Origin: Camelus ferus
Lineage: Eukaryota
Length of the DNA stretch: 64,000 bases
Direction: 5' to 3'
NCBI RefSeq assembly: GCF_009834535.1
Contig: NC_045697.1
Coordinates: forward strand, 57,538,001-57,602,000
This document shows, in pieces, positions 55,775-64,000 of the stretch. The stretch's first letter is position 1; the number at the start of each line of letters is the position of its first letter. Made by a program: the position numbers and the translations under genes. Under the pieces are notes generated by a model that was not told the origin of the DNA, searched no databases, and worked only from the letters and a program-made list of their open reading frames with translations.

Positions 55775-55940
55775 TTTAAGAGAGATTGAATTCACAGCTG
55801 GACTAGGGAAACTATATCCTGAGAAGCCTGAATATCCAGCTGTTAACTCTTGGCTGTTGCAAAGGCAGGGTACTTTATGATGTGCCATTTGAAGTCCAAA
55901 CCTCCCTGATGAGTTTGCAATTTCCCAGGGCTAGTCTTTT

Positions 55941-56669
55941 GTTTTATTTGTTTGTTTGTTTGTTTTTAAAGATAGGGTAACAATTTAATTGTCTTTGATT
56001 TGTAATGCACAGTGAAAATCTTCATTTACTCAGCCACTTCTGGGCCACCAGAGGTTCTATTTCATCTCAATCCTTGTTAAATATTTCATTAATTGTTCTT
56101 GGGCATCTTTCCTTATGTAAGAAGCTCAGTTTACTGAACATAATCTTATCCCTCTTTGAGGACTAAGAGTCTTGCAATATCAAATTGATGTTTGATTAAT
56201 GAAGAGAACATTAATTCTCTTCTAAGCATCCTGATTGTGTGTTCCACTTGCTCTGTGGTGAACTGGGGGTTAAATGGACTGACGATGATGACACAGCTGG
56301 CTCCACCACTTAACTAGCTGGGTGGACTGGGACAAGTAGTTACCAGTCTGAGTTTATGAGCCCTAGTGTCCTCATATGAAAATGAAACTAATAAATATTT
56401 TGCTATGATCAGAGATAATGCGTGTAAAGCCCGTAGTATAATAGCATCTGCTACATAGGAAGCACTGAACAAATAACTTCTTTATTCTCACTTTGTAATA
56501 AGATGAAGTGTATGTTGATACCAAGACATACCCTAGAAATGCTAATTGTTTGTAGTGAATACTGAAGTGGCTTCCCAGGTCCCCTCCTTGAGGCCAGGCT
56601 CTCCCCCAGATACTGATGGACCACAGTTGTGCTCTTCTGTTAGGCATTATCTACCAACATCAGGAACTT
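55941..56669 (-). pseudogene. 5'-truncated retrocopy of an unidentified polyadenylated transcript (3'-UTR-like, contains a MIR)
   Basis: T-rich/(TTTG)n tail at 55937-55967, antisense ATTAAA at 55984-55989, 15-bp TSD cagggctagtctttt (55926-55940) and caggaccagtttttt (56670-56684); the segment is absent from the 3' LTR. Confidence 0.75.
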
Positions 56670-58477
56670 CAGGACCAGTTTTTTCATTGATGGTTTTCAG
56701 CTGGTATAACTGGTTAGGCAGCCTGGCTTGAATATGTGATCAGAGGACCATAAAAACCCAACAGGCAAATCCATTCTGTGTTGAATTTTTCTGAAATCAA
56801 GATTCATTGTACAATTATTGGTGGTTCAATTTGGGGACAAAGAACATCTGTGTGTGAATAAGGATTCTGAGAGCTTGCACCTGCTTGTCTTTTGAATCCC
56901 ATTGCTTTCCTGTATTCTTTTTGTTGCTTTTAAAATAAGCCTTATGTGAAGATGTTGTGTACAACTTTTGAGACATTTTTAAAGATCAAAATTTTCTGGA
57001 ATCTTTGCAGTTGGCAATGAAAGTGGGATATTTGAAGCCATCCCTGCCAAAATAATTTAAATAATGATGGATAAGACAAGGTTTGGGAGAAATAAAGTCA
57101 AGGGGGAGGGATCATTGTTTCCAGGTTGACTTTCTGGCCATTGCTGGGTTTAGGCTGTGCACACACTACATCCATCGACAAGAGGAAAACTGTAAATGAG
57201 ACATTAAGTTCATATCCAGGCAGGGTGAATAGTTAAATGTATCACAAAACAAATTTTTAAGAAAGGGAACTCAGCCAAGAATGTGCTGTATTTTTTTAAT
57301 GTGTTCTAGTGAAAGTGATGGTAACAGAGCAGCAGCTAGCTAGAGCTACAACACTATGACGTGTACTTTCTGTATGATATTAAGATTTTCACTATTTCTG
57401 TTCCCCTCACCAAAAGGGGGGAGGGACTGATAAAAGGGACTCTAATTATTTGTGCCCCATATTGATTTTATTGTTGAGGAGAAAAGATGATGTGTGGGAA
57501 GTTGTTAGGGATTTTAAGCCCCCAAATGGAGCTAAGTAATGGGAACTTTTTCAGGATTATGCAAAGGAAAGGGAGCAATGAGAAAGGAAAAGTGTGAAAA
57601 ACCCTGAGATAATTAAACTATTACTCAGGAGTTGAAAATGACATTAAAAAAAAAAGGGAAGAAATAGATGGAGTGGCTACTAAACTTTTAATGGATGACT
57701 ATTAGAGACTAAATCATCAAGCCCAGCCAACTACTCAGTTTGTTAAAGGACCATGAAAAATTCACTTACTTTATCTTGGCCTTGATTCGTTTTTAAAAAT
57801 CTGATGATTATAGAAAACTGAGTCTACCATTCTTTCAGAGTCAATGCCAGTTAAAATGGGAGGGAATCAAGATTCTGAAGGCAAGAGGGCCAGGGTCTTG
57901 GCACAATCCTTAGTAGGGGATCCAAGGTCATTTACATTGAGATGGGTACAATGGCCTGGGGCTGATGAAAAAAAAATGTATTACAGTTGCTGGAAACTGG
58001 TGTTAGTGTACTGTCCTTTATAAACTTGCTAATGAAAAGTTAGAGTATAGTATTGGTTCAACATTGCCAGAATGTTTTATTTATAATGTGATATCTAAAT
58101 GGAGGAGTTCTTCCTTATCCAATATATAGGAAAAAGGAATGATAGGGGCAATTCTGCTTTTCAGATTGTTCTGATTGGACACTCTACATGGGAACACTTC
58201 TAATAATCTAAATGTACTCAGGTGCTTCATTTAAAACAATCTAAGATACCTGGGGCTATAAATATTCTGGTTTAATAAAGGAACTATTAGATGCAAATAT
58301 ATTAGTATCACAGAACTCCTTGTTTAATAGTCCAGCATGGCCCCTAAAAAGCTGATGAATTTTGAAAGATAACTATGTCATAGAGGATAGCATAAAGTGG
58401 TGCCTTCAAAAGCATCAGCTGTACCGATATGGTATCAACAATTCAAAATATGCCACAAACTAAAAGACGTAGCTTGC

Positions 58478-58635
58478 TTACCTTCTTTTCCTATTTAAAA
58501 CAAAGTTAAAACTGATTTACATTCATCTGGATTGGCTCTAATATGCATTCACTGTTTTACCTTCTTTTCCTATTTAAAACAAAGTTAAAACTGATTTACA
58601 TTCATCTGGATTGGCTCTAATATGCATTCACTGTT
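58478..58635. repeat. Perfect 79-bp tandem duplication (2 copies)
   Basis: 58478-58556 is identical to 58557-58635 by direct reading. Confidence 0.95.
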
Positions 58636-61542
58636 TAACCACAAGAATATCTAATTTCTCTTGCTGATTGCCACAACATGGTGAGAAGAGCTATATATTG
58701 GATTTAGTCAGAAAGTACTGTTATTCATTGTATTAATTATACAATGTTGATGTCTCAATCTGAAGACTAAGCCAAGAAATAATTAAGAATACTTATTAAT
58801 CATATACCCAGCAGAGGATGGATAATTAACCCAAATAAAATACAGAGCTCAGAACAGTGTAAAATTTCTTGGTATCACTTAAATAGAGAGCAATGGAGAC
58901 ATTGCTCAGACAATCAAAAATAATTTATTATCTCTGTTAGTTCCAAAATCAATCAAGAGGAATGCAGATTTTGGGGTTGTTTAGTTTCTAAAGATACCTT
59001 ATGACACACTTAGGACTTTATTAGTAGCTATTCCAAGTTACCAGAAAAAGTTAAATCTTACTTTATTTTCCAAGAGCAAGCTTTCTTGGGGCTTAAAATA
59101 ACATGGTGCAATCCAACATGTGCAGACCCCACGCTCAAATGATCTTGGAAGTGCCTGAAACTTATGGCTGCAATGATCAGATATCAGACGAAAGCCTGTA
59201 ACTACCACCCAGGAGGGATCATTGGGATTTTGGACAAATTTACTGCTGCAGTTTTAACTTTAAAAATAGTATATAACTTTAAGAAGTTCTTGTAACTTCT
59301 TATACACTATTTAAAAGCAATTGCTAGCTTGTTATTGGGATTTAGTTGCAACTGCTTCTGTTACAAAGGGATAAATATTATCTTGAGACTCAAGATACCC
59401 ATTGTGTCAAAACACCTGTTCAATTCCTGACTTATCAACATTATGTGTCTTACTACAATAGAGCATTTTTTTTATAGATAGAGGGAAATTGCTAAGGTAA
59501 AGAATATATGCAAAACAGAAACCAATATTAGTTTAGGGGTAATTTGGTGGCACACATTCTTGTTTCTCATAGCTCCCATGGCTGCCAAGGATGCCTGTGA
59601 GAAACCTTTTGACATACTCAAACTAAATTATATTTTGATAACTTCAGCCCATATGATAATTGCCCTGGGAAATTCAACATTTTGAATCCAAAATATGTAG
59701 TCAATTTGTAATTATTAACCATACATTCTAAAGCAATAACATATTTGGTAAATAAACTAACATTTACCGAAATAGCCAACCTAAAAGGGCTCTGGGAGAA
59801 ACTGTCACAGGTCTAGGAGTCCTTGGGCAAGCCAAAATTGCCTTCACTAAAGAGAGACACACTGAGGAAAAAGTCTAACTGGCCTTTATTGGCCGCTTAA
59901 AATGGGGATTTATTTCAGGAGAAAGGGAAAGGATGCAGATAGCCTAGACAGATTACGCTTCTTTGAAAAATGGATAAAGTAACCTTAAAGGATAAAAAGC
60001 ATGATAGGAGTAACGATGGAAAAGAACATGGACACTGAACTAAGAGGGTCTGTTAAGAATGCACCTTGAGATGAAAACAGAGGTAAGTCGAGGACAATGG
60101 TCTGGATCTTGGCAATAGAAGTAAAAGCAATGAACTTTATAGAAGGTTTAAGATCCACTTAGTCTATGGGAATTCCTAAATGGAGAATGTAATTTGCATA
60201 GGTGCTCCCCAGCTGCCAAGACCCCCTGTATAAACAAACACCAGACATACCTAATAGAGTAGTTGAAACCTATTCAGTGTAACCAATAATTTACTTGTGT
60301 ATGTTTTGGGAAATGGAACTAGGGGATGGTTGAGGGATTACTTAAATATAAGGTTCATCATGAAACCTAGTCAGTATAATCTTGTAGTTTGAAATAGGTC
60401 ATATGGCTATGCCCCATAAGATACTTGGAATCCAGAAGTAACAATTTGACTCCTGACATATCACAATCTATAACAAAATTTGATAATACATGGTAGGATT
60501 GCTTTTGTTAGGAAACCCTAAAAATCCTATTATAATTCTAAATGACTTCTTTTGTAATAATTTTAGATTAGCGAGCAATGCAATTGCTATTTAGTGTGAT
60601 ACTGATTATAATTAGAATAATTTAACTGATTTACCTACACCTCATTTGATGATGCAAAAACAGTTGTCCTTTTGCTTTTTTGTTCTATAAATATTGCAAA
60701 AAATGCATGGGAAGATAATTATAGCAATTAATAATTAAGAAGACTTATTCAGGTGTCAGGGGTTGACTTTGTATGAGAGTGTTAATTTACAGCTGAACTG
60801 GTAAACTCCATCCTTATCTTTGGGAATGCCAGTATGAATGGTTTTGACTCTTAGCCAAGATAAAGAGTAGAATTTATTTATGACATGCTATTTAAAGTGC
60901 AAAATTCACTTGGCTGCCCCAGGGTCAATTTGTTCACTGATGGTTTTCAAAAGGCATAACAGATTAGACAACCTGACTAGACTACATAACCAAAAATCTG
61001 TCTGGAAACATCTGCCTTGAGCTCTCCCAGAGTTAAGATTCAAAACACAGATAGGGATTCACATTGGAGACAAAACATATGCATGTGCACATAAAGCCTC
61101 TGCAGAGCTTACTTCTGAAAGTCTCTCAGACTCCCCCAGTATTACCTGTACTGTCTCGTTGCTGCACTATATATATTGCCTTTAAATAAAAGCTTTATAA
61201 GAATGTGTTCTGTGATTCCTCTGAGTCATTTCAGTGTCTAAACTTGTGAAGTACTTTCACATCTCATATATTATTCAAAATAGTAGCCTCAACCATTCTT
61301 TTTGATCAGCAAAACAGAAATATTACAGTGGCTAGTAAAAGGATTGATTCCTTCCTGGAAGTATGCAATTGCAGTGGGCCTCAATCTTGCTAAGTCTCTC
61401 CCTTCCCCTCCTAGGACACTTTTGGTAAGGCCATAGCCTGATCATTCAAGAACTTTTAGGGTTATGTCTTCCAACTTTAAGCTATCTTTGGGCCAAGGAC
61501 AATCAGGAACATATTTAAGGTCTAACATGACTACAAAGGATG

Positions 61543-61865
61543 ACTGGTAGGCTAGGTGATGACCCATCAGAAATGTTCACACCTTTAAACATTGATAAGG
61601 TAACAATGTATATGTTACCTTATATGGCAGAAAGGAATTTGAAGATGTGATACATCAAGGATCTTGAGATGGGGAGATTATCCTGGATTATCTAGGTAGA
61701 CACAATGTAATCACAAAGGTGCCTGTTAAGAAGGAGTCCATAGAGTCAAAGTCAGAAAAAGATGCAACTACGTAACCAGAGGTTGGAATGATATACTTTG
61801 AAGATGAAGGAAGAGATCATGAATCGAGGAATTTGGGCAACCTCTAGAAGTTAGAAGAGGCAACT
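61543..61865 (+). mobile_element. MaLR LTR (MLT1C/D-like), 5' portion
   Basis: tatgttaccttatatggcagaaaggaatttgaagatgtga...ggatcttgagatggggagattatcctggattatc. Confidence 0.85.
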
Positions 61866-62380
61866 AAATAGTTACTTCAAAGTATAGGAAACAGCCCTTG
61901 TCAGAAGCAGGACTTAGCAGTACAGTCACTGGAACTCTGAGGACAGATGTTAAAGAATTTCTGTTATGATCTATCCTCCTGGACAAGGTCTCAGGAACCA
62001 AGTAGGAACTATCACTTTCTCTTTCACAAGCTATGAACAGGGTTTTTAAAAATTCAGTGATTTTCACTGTTCCCACAGGAGTGATGTTTATTGTCTGCTT
62101 ATTTGGCTAAATGGAGACTATCTATCACCATTTTGTGTGATACATATGTTACAATGCCAGAACTTTGTTGGTGTGTAAAAGGGTATGAATAAGAGAAAAT
62201 GAAACTGTTGAAGTAGTTCTGTTATGTGCAGCCTACTCAGCTATATGTGAATCATAATCCTCAGAAGAGTGGTAGGACATTACCTCCAGGGCATTAAAAC
62301 TGCCTTGGTGAGAAGGGAACCTTGTGTTTGAATACCTGTAGGATGGGGATGAGGGTGAATATAAAAGGAGATATTGATTG

Positions 62381-62889
62381 CATATATGAGTGATATTATA
62401 TGGTATTTTTCTTTCTCTTTCTGGCTTACTTCACTTAGAATGACATTCTCCAGGGACATCCATGTTGCTGCAAATGGCATTATGTTGCCATTTTTATGGC
62501 TGAATTGTATTCCATTGTATAAATATACCACAACTTCTTTACCCAGTCATCTGTCGATGGACATTACAAATAAACTTAAATATAAAACAGAAACAGACTC
62601 ATAGACATCGAATACAAACTTGTGGTTGCCAGCAGGGGAGGAGGATGGGAAGGGATAGACTGGGAGTTCGAGATTTTAGATACTGACAGGTATATATAGA
62701 ATAGATAAACAAGTTTATACTGTATAGCACAGGGAAATATATCAAGATCTTATAGTAGCTCATGGTGAAAAAGAATATGAAAATGAATATATGTATATTC
62801 ATGTATGACTGAAAAATTGTTCTGTACACCAGAAGTTGACACAACATTGTAAACTGACTATAATTCAATTTTAAAAAATTGAAAAAAAA
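62381..62889 (+). mobile_element. Relatively young L1 3' end with 5' inversion (twin priming)
   Basis: 62381-62565 is antisense ORF2 end (IMPFAATWMSLENVILSEVSQKEKEKYH); 62566-62889 is sense 3' UTR plus A-tail; TSD agatattga(a)ttg at 62369-62380 and 62890-62902. Confidence 0.9.
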
Positions 62890-63003
62890 AGATATTGAAT
62901 TGGTGGAGCTACACAGAAAATGAGAATACAGTCACAATAAGCTAGGGATGCAATGCTATTAAAGTGGTTTGAATTGATTTCAGGGTCCCTAAGAATTAAA
63001 ACA

Positions 63004-63136
63004 TTGCATACATTTTTTGAAGGGGGAGGGAATGAGGTTTATTTACTTACTTACTTAATGGAGGTACTGGGGATTGATACCCAGGACCTCATGCATGCTA
63101 AGCATGCAGTCTACCAATTGAGCTATACCCTTCCCT
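63004..63136 (-). mobile_element. Vic-1-like SINE
   Basis: Antisense SINE body; perfect 15-bp TSD ctaagaattaaaaca at 62989-63003 and 63137-63151. Confidence 0.92.
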
Positions 63137-64000
63137 CTAAGAATTAAAACACGTGAAAAATTGTTCATGTATTGAAGATCTCTTTAACACATAAATATAG
63201 AGATTTAGGCCAAGTGGACAGAAATCTAACTTGAGTTACTATCATAAAGATGCAAGACTCTTCCCCAGTTCTAGAACCATCTTCTAAATGAAGGGAAAGC
63301 TGGGTCTCAATGAAGAACCCTTCAATATGGTCTTAATTTATATAGTGAGTGATCTAAACCTTCTCCACAATGATCCTAGACCATTAAAGATGGCAAAAGG
63401 GAAATATCTAGGTCTTCTGTGTGTATTGTGCATATTAAATATTGTTCTAAACGGAAACTGTTTCCCAGATACTCAGAAGAGCCTTGTGGTATATTTTCCA
63501 GAATGAGAACTAAATTTTCTTATTTAACATTCTGAGACATCCTGAGACCCAATGTAATTAAATTTAAATACTAATTTCTAATAAAACATTTATTTATGTG
63601 AGATTGTAATATAAATACAAAACTTTAAAATATATCTATATTTAGGGAAATATGCTAAGAAAATTATAAAAACATGAATGAATAGATTTAAAAGATCAGA
63701 GGGTTTTTTTGTGATTTGATTGTTTCATTCTTTTTAAGGACAATAACAATGAAAGTGGCATGAGAAACAGAAAATTTCAGATATTACAGATTTTAAGTCC
63801 AATAACTCATATACATCTGCCCTTAAATAAAGATTTTTCTAATCTTAGATGAGTATTTAAAATATTACGATTCATGTCACTACAGTATTTATAAGTAATG
63901 TCTTCCCTGAAGCCTCTAGCTTCTAATGCTACCAAAGGAATGTAATAAAGGAATAAAATATATTCCTCTAAAGAAATAAAGGAGTTACTGAGGAAATGTA

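Larger units (their letters stand above)
55775..61261 (+). mobile_element. Old ERVL-class provirus (MER68/MER76-group-like): 5' LTR ~55775-57009 (interrupted), internal region, 3' LTR 60770-61261
   Basis: Two diverged homologous LTRs; tRNA-Leu-like PBS ttggcaatgaaagtgggat at ~57011; protease-like LLETGV at ~57987; RT motifs FNSPAWPLK (~58323), YAFTV.PQEYL..CHNMVRR (~58620-58690), RGWIINPNKIQ..VKFLGI (~58815-58876); PPT-like aggggttgac before the 3' LTR. Confidence 0.85.

Noticed and set aside
61930..63500. Possible MaLR/ERVL internal sequence around the L1 and SINE insertions
   Set aside because: The resemblance is too degraded to assign family or boundaries by eye.
1..64000. Prokaryote-type systems (CRISPR arrays, operons, defence islands)
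   Set aside because: The sequence is mammalian repeat-rich DNA with no repeat-spacer arrays or dense ORFs.

Overview
This is very AT-rich, CpG-depleted mammalian genomic DNA, most likely from a camelid: it carries Vic-1-type tRNA-derived SINEs and artiodactyl-type L1 3' ends. It looks like gene desert or a very large intron. I can support no intact protein-coding exon, rRNA, tRNA or CRISPR feature. The ORF track is explained by L1 remnants, one pseudogene and chance ORFs. The window is dominated by layered transposable elements: L1s of several ages (including a ~5.3 kb element with both ends and a twin-primed insertion), L2/MIR relics, ERV1 solo LTRs, an old two-LTR ERVL-class provirus with recognisable protease and RT motifs, MaLR LTRs and hAT-Charlie elements. 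The most informative observations are two captured mRNAs. (1) A TSD-flanked BOLA3 processed pseudogene carries an extra ~221-nt L2-containing segment at the exon 1/exon 2 junction, a possible fossil of an alternatively spliced, frameshifting (poison-exon-like) BOLA3 isoform. (2) An unidentified polyadenylated ~730-nt 3'-UTR-like retrocopy is inserted inside the 5' LTR of the ERVL provirus. I do not see evidence for a novel multi-gene system. Repeat family names come from my recollection of consensus sequences and need Dfam/RepeatMasker confirmation.
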